From an uncultured Anaerolineaceae bacterium (GTDB taxonomy: Bacteria; Chloroflexota; Anaerolineae; Anaerolineales; E44-bin32), in contig CAYMCO010000027.1 in the NCBI GenBank assembly GCA_964388955.1, positions 7,541 through 71,540 of the forward strand: 64,000 nucleotides of DNA, in the 5' to 3' direction. The notes below the pieces were generated by a model, which made no database searches, was not told the origin of the DNA, and was given only the letters and a program-made list of their open reading frames with translations. The position numbers and the translations under genes were made by a program. Shown one piece after another: positions 38,675 through 47,257 of this stretch (within the stretch, counting starts at the first letter, position 1; each line of letters starts with the position of its first letter).

Positions 38675-39240
38675 GCCCCGCCCCCCAACGACAAACCGCA
38701 GTACAGGCAGTAAGTGCGTTCGCTCTGCAGGTCCTCGAGTTCTTCTGGACGCACAGGCCCCCCGCAGTGCGGGCATGCGGCGGGCAGGCCGGATCTCGCT
38801 TGGCTGCGCCGGTTGCCGGGTCCAGCGGAGGGGATGGGGAACCGATCGCCCAACAGCTCCGCCCGCAGCCGGTCGGCTTCGCCCCCCATTCCATGCCCCT
38901 CGAGCGCCTGCAGCGCTCGTCGCACGGCCGGCGCGGCCCTGGGGCCACCCGGCTTGTCTGCGATTAGGCCCAGCCCGCCCTCGATCAATTCGAGCGCCCG
39001 GCCCTGGTCGCCGGCTTGCAGGAACGCCATGCCCGCCTCGAGCAGCAGCGGGGCCGCCTGAAGGAGGCCTCGCGATTGGGCGGCTCTGCCGAGCCTCTCG
39101 AAAATGCGGGCTGCGGCCTCGGCCTCACCGACGGCCAGCAGCCGGTGCGCCCGGCGCAGCCTGCGAAGCGGGGGTTGGGCCGCGCCGCGCAGGCCGCGAT
39201 TCCTCGGGCGTCGCCTCCTGGATCCTGGCAATCGCGGCAT
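38671..39240 (-). CDS. hypothetical helical protein with a C-terminal zinc ribbon
   Basis: CPHCGG..CLYCG; GTGA coupling to the Nudix gene; TATAAT at 39273-39268. Confidence 0.65.
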   Translation of the reverse strand: MPRLPGSRRRRPRNRGLRGAAQPPLRRLRRAHRLLAVGEAEAAARIFERLGRAAQSRGLLQAAPLLLEAGMAFLQAGDQGRALELIEGGLGLIADKPGGPRAAPAVRRALQALEGHGMGGEADRLRAELLGDRFPIPSAGPGNRRSQARSGLPAACPHCGGPVRPEELEDLQSERTYCLYCGLSLGGGA

Positions 39241-39485
39241 AGTGAACCCTTTCCTTGATTGTCTGGATTATACGCCGACATGGCCGCCGCCGGAGATCGC
39301 CGGCGGTGCTTGCTGCGCCGACGCGCCTCCGAATATCGGAACGAGCGGTCCGCGGCCCGCCGGCCCAGGGGATCGGATGATGAGGGCAGGCCGGAGGCGC
39401 CGGGGGCGAAAGGGAGGAAACAGGTGAGACAGCAGCAGCGACGCTCATCCCTTCCCGCTGGAAGAGCGGCCGAAGCTCGGGCTTT

Positions 39486-40130
39486 TCAGTCGGGGGTGGG
39501 CTTGTCGGCCACCAATCGGAAAACGATCGCCCGGGATGTCTTCACGCGCTGAAGCTCCGCTGAGAAGCCGGCTTGCTGCCACACATCCTGGTATCGATCG
39601 GATGGTTGAAGGGAAGCCCCGGTCACTCGGAGCAGCCAGCCCATGAATCGGTCGAACGGTCGGCTCCCGGTGATCAGCGCTTCCAGGACGATGACAATTC
39701 GCCCGCGGCCGGCCAACACCTGATGCACCGCTGATTGGGTTTCCTTATCGAGGATGTATGGGGTCGGAAAGGTCGAAAGCACGGCATCGAAGCTGCCGGC
39801 TGCGAAAGGCAGGGCCTGCGAGCGAGCAAGGACCAAGCGCGGGGGCTCCCCCGCTCGGCGCAGCCGTCTGGCTGCGATGCGGGTCATCTGGGGTGAGGCA
39901 TCCACGCCGGTGTAGAACCGGCCCCCCTTGGACAGTTCCAGGAGCATGTGCCCTGTTCCGGGGCCAAGCTCCAGCACGCGCTCCCGCCCCGCCAGCGGTT
40001 CGATCGCGGTGTGCTGCCATTCCCGCCACTGGCCGCCGGAGCTCAAGCCGGCGAAGAAGTCATATGTGGCCGCGAACTTGGTGTACAGATAGGGAAGGAA
40101 GATCTGCAGCAGGCTCCGCAGCGAAAGCAT
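39486..40130 (-). CDS. class I SAM-dependent methyltransferase
   Basis: VLELGPGTG, GVDASP and LPFAAGSFDAV. Confidence 0.85.
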   Translation of the reverse strand: MLSLRSLLQIFLPYLYTKFAATYDFFAGLSSGGQWREWQHTAIEPLAGRERVLELGPGTGHMLLELSKGGRFYTGVDASPQMTRIAARRLRRAGEPPRLVLARSQALPFAAGSFDAVLSTFPTPYILDKETQSAVHQVLAGRGRIVIVLEALITGSRPFDRFMGWLLRVTGASLQPSDRYQDVWQQAGFSAELQRVKTSRAIVFRLVADKPTPD

Positions 40131-40265
40131 CCATCACCGTCCGGCTAGCACTTACCGCACTCCGGGTCTGCCACCCGGTGCGAGAAGTCGTGGTTGCCCA
40201 TAGCCATGCTCAAGTGACTCTCTGGCAGGGAACGGACCCCCTCGGGGCATTGCACGCCTTGCCTC

Positions 40266-41153
40266 TCATACCAGGACATCCAGGGCGGCGGGCAGGATCG
40301 AGTAGGTCACCTTCTTACAATCGTGGGCGCGGATTTCCCCGTCCGCTTGTATGGGTGTGCCGGGAGCCGATTGGATGGTCAGGCGCCTTGTGTGGATTTG
40401 GTGGACCGCGGGGTCGTTCACGTAACTTCCGCTGATCGCGCGCGGCAGGAGGGACAGCATCTTCGGCCTCGAAGCCGCATAGCCGTGCACGAAGGTCAGC
40501 AGGCCGTCCGAGGGATCCGCCGCCGGGGCCATCCGAAACAGCCCACCGGTCACCGGGCAGTTGCCAACCGAAACCAGACTGACCGGCCCGTCGTACCCGC
40601 CGCCGGGCCACTTGAGCCGCATCCACCATTGGGGGCGGCTGTAGATGGCGCGCAAGGCGGCGATCAGATAGCGAGTGACGCCGCGGAAGTGTGCCATACG
40701 AATGTTGTAGCTGGTGACCAGCGGTTCCAGCCCGACGGCAGAGTTGTTGCAGAACAGCCACTCATTCACCCTTCCAAGATCAATGCGGTGGGTGACCCCG
40801 CGTGCGATGGCCCGGCCCGCCTCCCCAAGCTCCAGATGCATGTGGAGGTTGTGAACGAGATCGTTCGCCGTGCCGAGCGGGAGGATGCCCAGTGGGCCCA
40901 GCGGCGGTGGGACTTTGGCTGCGTGCAGACCATTGATGACCTCGCCCACGGTCCCATCCCCTCCCGCGACGATAATCGGTGCATAGCCCTTGCGGGCCGC
41001 CTGCTCCGCAATCGCTGTGGCATGCAGCGGGGATTCGGTTTGCCGGACCTCGAATTTCAAACCGGCCGCCGCAAGGGCCTCCTCGGCGGCAGCACGCCGG
41101 CTGCCGGCCCTCCAGCGATCGGCATAGGGGTTCAGGATCATCATCGCCGTCAT
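40266..41153 (-). CDS. diacylglycerol/lipid kinase family (YegS/BmrU)
   Basis: ILNP, AGGDGT, PLGTANDL and QADGE. Confidence 0.9.
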   Translation of the reverse strand: MTAMMILNPYADRWRAGSRRAAAEEALAAAGLKFEVRQTESPLHATAIAEQAARKGYAPIIVAGGDGTVGEVINGLHAAKVPPPLGPLGILPLGTANDLVHNLHMHLELGEAGRAIARGVTHRIDLGRVNEWLFCNNSAVGLEPLVTSYNIRMAHFRGVTRYLIAALRAIYSRPQWWMRLKWPGGGYDGPVSLVSVGNCPVTGGLFRMAPAADPSDGLLTFVHGYAASRPKMLSLLPRAISGSYVNDPAVHQIHTRRLTIQSAPGTPIQADGEIRAHDCKKVTYSILPAALDVLV

Positions 41154-41157
41154 CGAA

Positions 41158-42531
41158 TCAGCGCAGGTACGGCAAGAACAGCGCAGCCAACCCGAGGAAG
41201 AGCGCGAATCCAAAGCTGTCCGTCACCGCCGTGACCAGCACGGAGGAGGCGAGCGCCGGATCCTGGTTGAGCCATTTCAGGACGAGAGGGATGAGCGTAC
41301 CCATGATTACTGCGATCAGCATGTTGCCGATCAAGGCGACCCCCAGTATGAGCCCGAGCATCGGATTGCCCTTCCACAGGAACACTCCCAGGCCCACCGA
41401 AGCGCCGATGGTGACCCCTTGCAGCAGCCCGGTCAGCGCCTCTTTCAGCAGGGTTCGCCACACCTCTTGCAGTTCGACCGTCCCCAACGCGATGGCGCGC
41501 ACCATGATCGCCAGACTCTGCGTGGCCGCATTCCCGCCCAAGGCTGCCACGACGGACTGGAACACGGCCAGAACGGCGACCTGCGCCAGCACGGGTTCAA
41601 AATTGGAGATCACCCAGGAAGCGAAGAGCGCGGTGAAGGTGTTCAAGAACAACCAGGGGAGCCGCTGACGGATGGCCACGTGCACAGGGCTGTCGAGGCT
41701 CAGTTCAGCGGATGGCACGTTCGCCAGCCGGTATATGTCCTCCGTAGCCTCCTCCTCCAGCACGTCGAACAAATCGTCGTACGTGATTACGCCCACCATC
41801 TTGCCCGCTTCATCGACCACCGGCAGGCCCGCGAGGTCATAGCGAGCCATGATGCGGGCCGCCTCTTCCTGATCGGCCCTTGCATCCACGTGAAAGACCT
41901 GCGGGTCCATGATCGAGCCGATAGTCGCGTTCGGTGGGGCGATCACGAGTTCCCTCAATCCGAGGACGCCGGTCAGTTGCCCGTCGTGATCGATCACATA
42001 CAGGTAGTAGGGCGTCTCGGCTTCGGGATCACGGTGGCGCAGGAATTCTATGGCCTGCTGGGCAGTGCTGTCGGGAAGCAGGGAGACAAATGAGGTCGTC
42101 ATCCTCCCGCCGGCGGTCTCATCCTCGTGTCCCAGCAGAGGCAGGACCTCGGCGAGGTCCTCCATCTCCGAGAGCGCCTGCGCCGCGCGTTGGCGGGAGA
42201 TGTCTCCCAATACGTCCGCGGCCTCGTCGGGCTGCATCTCATCGAGCAGATCCGCCAGCAGATCGGTGGGCAGGCTCTCGGCGAAGTCGGCCGCGGCCTG
42301 GTCCTGCAGTTCCTCCATCAAATCCGCCGCGGACTGCAGATCCAGTTGGGGAAGCAGAGCCGACTGCTCCTGCACGTCCAATTCTGTAAAAGCGTCTGCC
42401 AAATCCGCCGGATGGAGTCGCGTCAAGATCTCGATGGCATCCTGGATATGGCCTGCCTCGAGTTTCTCCCGGATCTCCTCCAGAGTGGAATCGACCCGCT
42501 CCTTGTCAATCGCCCGGGAGGGTTCAGCCAA
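41158..42531 (-). CDS. mgtE: magnesium transporter MgtE
   Basis: MgtE N-domain (LHPADLAD), CBS pair, RLPWL, GGNAATQS and DPALASS..TAVTD. Confidence 0.95.
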   Translation of the reverse strand: MAEPSRAIDKERVDSTLEEIREKLEAGHIQDAIEILTRLHPADLADAFTELDVQEQSALLPQLDLQSAADLMEELQDQAAADFAESLPTDLLADLLDEMQPDEAADVLGDISRQRAAQALSEMEDLAEVLPLLGHEDETAGGRMTTSFVSLLPDSTAQQAIEFLRHRDPEAETPYYLYVIDHDGQLTGVLGLRELVIAPPNATIGSIMDPQVFHVDARADQEEAARIMARYDLAGLPVVDEAGKMVGVITYDDLFDVLEEEATEDIYRLANVPSAELSLDSPVHVAIRQRLPWLFLNTFTALFASWVISNFEPVLAQVAVLAVFQSVVAALGGNAATQSLAIMVRAIALGTVELQEVWRTLLKEALTGLLQGVTIGASVGLGVFLWKGNPMLGLILGVALIGNMLIAVIMGTLIPLVLKWLNQDPALASSVLVTAVTDSFGFALFLGLAALFLPYLR

Positions 42532-42748
42532 CTTCCTTGACCTCGATGCCCTGCTCCCGGAGCCAACCGAGCGCGCGTTCGATTTCTTCCGGTTCCCCGG
42601 TCAGTTCCACCTGCAGCCAGCCTTCCTCCAGCGTGATGTTGGCTTCCAGGATATTGGCGGTGATCTCGTATTGGCGGATCAGCTGGTTGAGAACGGGACG
42701 TCGCAGCAGGGTCGGCGGATAGATGAAGCGATATACATTCTTCGCCAT
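42524..42748 (-). CDS. stand-alone NIL-domain protein, 74 aa
   Basis: PVLNQLIRQYEITANILEANIT..GWLQVELTG..ALGWLREQGIEV; GGAGG SD; overlaps the mgtE start. Confidence 0.8.
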   Translation of the reverse strand: MAKNVYRFIYPPTLLRRPVLNQLIRQYEITANILEANITLEEGWLQVELTGEPEEIERALGWLREQGIEVKEVG

Positions 42749-42809
42749 AGGCACCTCCGAAATGTAGGAACAACGGGGAGAAATGGTATTGGTCCTGGTC
42801 GACTGCGGA

Positions 42810-42838
42810 ATTCTAGCATTGCGGGGAGGGGGTGTCAA
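42810..42838 (-). promoter_or_regulatory. sigma70-type promoter of the NIL-mgtE-kinase operon
   Basis: TTGACA-17-TAGAAT on the minus strand. Confidence 0.7.
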
Positions 42839-43046
42839 AGAAGGGGTGGAGAGATCGCCGTGGATGGGGGGACGAATTCGCTTGGAGCAGTGCGCGTGGC
42901 GCGATGCGATGTGGGCAGTGAACAGGGATCAGGGGAAAGTGATCAGCAGACGTTGCATGCAGCGTCTCCGCTCGGCATGGCCCCTGGCGATGGCGTGCGC
43001 TCTCAGCGTTGTCTGCTTCCGGACGTCATTGGGTCAACGTCCCGGC

Positions 43047-43096
43047 GCCGGAAGAGCGACGGGGGAAGGTGGACATATGCTTCGCAAGTGCACGAA
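43047..43096 (+). repeat. repeat module related to 26220-26269
   Basis: gccggaagagcgacgggggaaggtggacatatgcttcgcaagtgcacgaa versus gccgggagcacgacgggaggaggtggacacatgcttcgcatgcgcacgaa. Confidence 0.7.
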
Positions 43097-43270
43097 CGCA
43101 CACACATCCCGGATCCCTTCCCCCTGATGGCGGCTTGCTTGGTCATGTGAAGAGGGAATGGGGCCGCCGGTGGGAGAGACGGCCGACGTGCAACACGGGC
43201 GCCGAAGGCCTGTGGCGGCAGATTCAGCTCCGCGCTTCGAGCATGAAGCTCGTAGCTTATCGCGTATCGC

Positions 43271-43975
43271 TCACCTCCGCCGCCGGCCCCCCAATCCACC
43301 CACCAGCGAAACGTAGTACAGCAGCTGCAGGATGGAGGCAGCCAAGGCAGCTACATATGTGAAGGCAGCCGCGTTCAGCATCGCATCGACGCCCTTCTTG
43401 TCGCGTGGGGTTTGGACCAGACCGGTGCCCGATAGCAGCGCACGCGCGCGCTGAGAGGCGTTGAGTTCGACGGGCAGTGTCGCCAGCGAGAACAGCGCCC
43501 CCAATCCGAAGGCGAAAACACCCACCCAGGCGAGTTGTGTGATCCCGAGGAATAGCCCGACGAGAATCAGGATCCACCCCAGGGTCGACCCCGTGTTCGC
43601 CAGGGGGACGATGGCCGTGCGGAAGCGGAGTGGCAGGTACCCCTCGTTGTGCTGCATGGCGTGCCCGATCTCGTGGGCGGCGATGGCGATTGAGGCCACG
43701 GACCGCTGGGTAGCCACGGCGGGGGAGAGGCGCAGGGTTTGCGACCTCGGATCGTAATGATCTCCCAATTGGCGCTGAGTCCCTTGCAGTGAGACGTGGC
43801 CGAGCCCCTCGTAAGAGAGCAACCTCCGGGCGGCATCTTCGCCGTTCATCCCCTGGCTGTTTTCGACCTGGCCCCATTTTCGGTAGGTGGAGTTGACCCA
43901 CAGATTGGCCAGCATCACGAGCAGCATGCCGGGGATCATGTAGAGCCAGTAACTCCCAGAAAGCCAGAACCCCAT
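43271..43975 (-). CDS. membrane zinc metallopeptidase (YugP / Zn_peptidase_2)
   Basis: DHYDP, AAHEIGHAMQ, TLPVELNAS and AAAFTYVA. Confidence 0.9.
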   Translation of the reverse strand: MGFWLSGSYWLYMIPGMLLVMLANLWVNSTYRKWGQVENSQGMNGEDAARRLLSYEGLGHVSLQGTQRQLGDHYDPRSQTLRLSPAVATQRSVASIAIAAHEIGHAMQHNEGYLPLRFRTAIVPLANTGSTLGWILILVGLFLGITQLAWVGVFAFGLGALFSLATLPVELNASQRARALLSGTGLVQTPRDKKGVDAMLNAAAFTYVAALAASILQLLYYVSLVGGLGGRRRR

Positions 43976-44003
43976 GTTCATCCCTCCTGCACAGGCCTGC
44001 CAG

Positions 44004-45269
44004 TTACCCCTGACCGACCTGTTCATTCAAAAGCTCGATCGCCTTGTTGAGCTGCGGATCTTTGTCACTCTGGATATCCTCATCGCTCAGGCTGACACGC
44101 ACATCAGGCTGCAGCCCGGTGTCGCTGAAAGTCTGTCGATCCGGAGTGTACCAGCGCGCGATGGTCACGCGCACGGCTCCCTGATCGCCGCTCAAGGGGA
44201 TCCATTGCTGGACGGACCCCTTGCCGAACGTCGACTCACCCACCAACAGTCCGCGATCATGATCCTGTATTGCGCCAGCTACGATCTCAGACGCAGATGC
44301 GGTGCCCTGATCCACCAGCACGACCAGCGGGATCTCGGTTGCCTCCCCGCCCGGACGGGCTTCATAGGTCTGCTCCGTCCCATCCCCGAAGCGCTCGTAA
44401 AGGATAACGCCGTCCCCGATGAACTCGGAGGCCACTTCCACCGAGGTCTGCAGGAAACCGCCGGGATTTCCTCGCATGTCCAAGATCAATCCTTTCGGAT
44501 CCTGCTGCAACAGGTCCTGGAGATGATCGCGCAGATCTTGTTCCGTCTGGTCACCGAAATTGAACAACCGTATGTAGGCGATGTCGCCGTCGAGCATCTT
44601 TGATTCCACGCTGGGGATGGTGATGCTGGCTCGCTCCACCTCGAATTCCAGCGGTCCTGCCTCACCTTCACGCCGCACGGTGAGCCTGACAATACTGCCT
44701 GCAGGCCCCATGACCTTGCGGATCACGAGGTCGCCGGGGACCCCGGTCATGTCCTCGCCATCCACTGCGATGATCTCATCACCCGGTTCGAGCCCCGCCT
44801 TTTCTGCAGGCGAATCCGGCATCGGCGCGATGATGGTCAGATACTCCTGTTCTGGATCGACCCAGGCGCCGATGCCCTCGTATTCGCCCTCAAGCCTGGT
44901 CTGCTCTTGCGTATACTGCTCCGGGTCCATATACGAGGTATGGGGGTCACCCAGACCTTCCAGCATGCCGCGCAGCGCCCCCTGCATCAGGGCGGAGTCA
45001 TCTACCGGCTGATCCACATAGCGTTCGTGAACGATATCCCAGGCTTCCCAGAAGGGCTGGAACAGCGCCTCAAGCTCCTGCGGGGTCCCCCCCTGCGATT
45101 CCTCAGTTACGGACGGCGCCGGCGCCCTGCCCGGAAAGATGTAGGGTTCGACGACTTGCCGGATCCTCGGGAGCGCTGCGCCCACCGCGATGCCCGAAGT
45201 GAAAAGCAGCGCGGACAGCAGCAATCCCACAAAGGCGCCGATCAGTGCCTTGACAATGTTAGATCTCAT
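44004..45269 (-). CDS. ctpA: C-terminal processing protease S41A with PDZ domain
   Basis: DPHTSY, DMRGNPGG, TASASE and FGKGSVQ. Confidence 0.92.
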   Translation of the reverse strand: MRSNIVKALIGAFVGLLLSALLFTSGIAVGAALPRIRQVVEPYIFPGRAPAPSVTEESQGGTPQELEALFQPFWEAWDIVHERYVDQPVDDSALMQGALRGMLEGLGDPHTSYMDPEQYTQEQTRLEGEYEGIGAWVDPEQEYLTIIAPMPDSPAEKAGLEPGDEIIAVDGEDMTGVPGDLVIRKVMGPAGSIVRLTVRREGEAGPLEFEVERASITIPSVESKMLDGDIAYIRLFNFGDQTEQDLRDHLQDLLQQDPKGLILDMRGNPGGFLQTSVEVASEFIGDGVILYERFGDGTEQTYEARPGGEATEIPLVVLVDQGTASASEIVAGAIQDHDRGLLVGESTFGKGSVQQWIPLSGDQGAVRVTIARWYTPDRQTFSDTGLQPDVRVSLSDEDIQSDKDPQLNKAIELLNEQVGQG

Positions 45270-45356
45270 TAACCTTCTCCTGCTCCGAACGGGGAGCTGG
45301 AACACAAAAACCTTACCACAGTTGGATTAGAGGAGGATAAACGGATTTTGCCGTGT

Positions 45357-46187
45357 TCAGGGAGGGATATCCAGCCCATGTTCCTCCGCCCATTCTTTCA
45401 GCAACAACCCATAGCGCGCAGACCCGGCGGATTGCGTATAGGCGAGCGCAGCCATGCCGTCCAGCGGGTACAAGGGGTGGCAAGAGGTCGGCCAGGCCCC
45501 CTTGGGCGCCTCGACCACCGCCTCGACCACGGGGGCGACAATTTCCGCCTGGTGCAGTTCGTCCACGACGCGCTCGGTCGTGACAATCACACAATCCGCA
45601 ACGAGGGCCAACTCGCGGTCGACCCCCCAATGCTTGCCGATGTGCGCGTTACCCTCGCGGTCGGCTTCCAGCGCGTGGATGACCGCCACGTCGCAATCGA
45701 TGGCCGGAAATGCGGTCAGCATCTCTCCGGAGTACGGATCCCGGATGGATTTCACATCCTCCCGGATGCGGAGCAAGTCTGTTCCTTGCCAAGCGCTGGA
45801 AGGCATAAAGCCGACACCGGCCAGGGAGGCGCGTATGCCATATGCCAGACTCGCCTCACTCTCTTCCACGATCTCGATGTTCCCCTCCCCGGCCAGGCGG
45901 GTGAAGTGGGGGGCCAGACCGAAAGCCTCCAGGCCGAAGTAGCAGGTCCGAACTTGGTCGACCATGCCTTCGCCCAGCAGGATGTCGCTCTCGAGGCCCG
46001 CGGTAAAAGAGAGCAACCTTATGTGGCGCGGGGATCGGGAGCGGCGGAACCGCTCGATCATGGCGAGGGCGAAGGCGATCGGGCGCCGATACAAGGTGAT
46101 GCCCCCAAGGGCCAGCCGGCATCCTTCTTCCGGCAGGAGCCGGACGGCTTCCATCAAGGAGCAGCGCTTGTCCTTACGAGTCCCCAC
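45357..46187 (-). CDS. family I CoA-transferase alpha subunit (GctA-like)
   Basis: LALGG, GVGFMP, PAIDCDVAVIHA..ADREGN and GAWPTSC. Confidence 0.8.
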   Translation of the reverse strand: MGTRKDKRCSLMEAVRLLPEEGCRLALGGITLYRRPIAFALAMIERFRRSRSPRHIRLLSFTAGLESDILLGEGMVDQVRTCYFGLEAFGLAPHFTRLAGEGNIEIVEESEASLAYGIRASLAGVGFMPSSAWQGTDLLRIREDVKSIRDPYSGEMLTAFPAIDCDVAVIHALEADREGNAHIGKHWGVDRELALVADCVIVTTERVVDELHQAEIVAPVVEAVVEAPKGAWPTSCHPLYPLDGMAALAYTQSAGSARYGLLLKEWAEEHGLDIPP

Positions 46188-46404
46188 CGGCCTCTCGATC
46201 CCGGATGCGGTCCGTTGCTTGGTGCAATTCAGCCAGAGTCTGCTGCTCTGACTTCCATGAATTCTTCGCCTTGAGAAAACCCTGCTTCAATCCCTGCAGT
46301 TGCGCTCGCAGGGCGGCGCTGCGGAAAGCGTAGAGCATCCCCACGTTGAAGAGTAGAACCAGGGCAAGTATTGTGCAGAAGGCGATGAATCCGTTATCGA
46401 GCAT
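46174..46404 (-). CDS. small membrane protein, 76 aa
   Basis: N-terminal TM helix and short coiled coil; overlaps both neighbours. Confidence 0.55.
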   Translation of the reverse strand: MLDNGFIAFCTILALVLLFNVGMLYAFRSAALRAQLQGLKQGFLKAKNSWKSEQQTLAELHQATDRIRDREAGGDS

Positions 46405-47074
46405 CCGAACCCTCTGGGCCCCACGTCTGGCGCAAGCCGAGCACCTCCTCCCCCAGTAAGTCAATGGCGGAAACTCGATAGTCCGGTTGGTAGCCGCCAT
46501 CGGCGCTGGCGTGACCTACAAGAACCGTTGTCATGCCCATCGCTCCGGCTGGCTCCAGGTTCACCGTTCGGTCATCCACCATCAGGCATTTCCTGGGATC
46601 GGGCTCAGCCGCGATTTCCAGGGCGCGCTGATACGCCTCGATGCGGGGCTTGTTATGGTATTCCAGCGACACAATATCAATCACCAGGTCAAACTGATCG
46701 CCCACCTGCAGATGTCTCAACACCCGTTCGGCGTGCTCCAGAGATGCGTTGGTGAAAATCACCTTCCTCTGTGGCAGGGATGCCATCAGTTCTCGGAGAT
46801 GGGGGTTGGGGGGGAGGATCTCCTCGATCGGAAGATCGTGTATGAAGCGCAGATAGTCCAGTGGATCGATTTGATGATTCGCCATCAAACCGTTCAGCGT
46901 GGTCCCGAAAGCCTGCAGATATCCCGCGCGGAGCGCCTTGGCCTCCCCTGCTGTCACGCCCAGCCTCTGCATGACGTAATCGTGGATGCGCTCCCCCATG
47001 GCTCGCCAGAGCCCGCTGTCTTGTGGGTACAGCGTGTCATCCAGGTCGAAGAAAATGGTTCGGAAGGTGCGCAT
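46394..47074 (-). CDS. HAD-family pyrimidine 5'-nucleotidase-like hydrolase
   Basis: FDLDDTLY, FTNA, KP and VDD. Confidence 0.9.
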   Translation of the reverse strand: MRTFRTIFFDLDDTLYPQDSGLWRAMGERIHDYVMQRLGVTAGEAKALRAGYLQAFGTTLNGLMANHQIDPLDYLRFIHDLPIEEILPPNPHLRELMASLPQRKVIFTNASLEHAERVLRHLQVGDQFDLVIDIVSLEYHNKPRIEAYQRALEIAAEPDPRKCLMVDDRTVNLEPAGAMGMTTVLVGHASADGGYQPDYRVSAIDLLGEEVLGLRQTWGPEGSDAR

Positions 47075-47257
47075 CGGATCGATTAGGGCCGTCCTGCCTC
47101 GTTCTCGGTCGCATCCTTCTCCAGTGGAGAGTCGGATGCCTGTTCAGGCAGTATAAAGTCGCCTCGGAAGGGCGTCAATGACCCTTCGAGGGCCGGGCCT
47201 CGGGGCAATTCCCCAAGGGTATAATGCTGGCGTGATTTGCGGAGAAGGATAAGGGAA

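Noticed and set aside
42749-42810. Possible M-box (ykoK) riboswitch before mgtE
   Set aside because: The predicted leader is only about 55 nt and lacks the aptamer.
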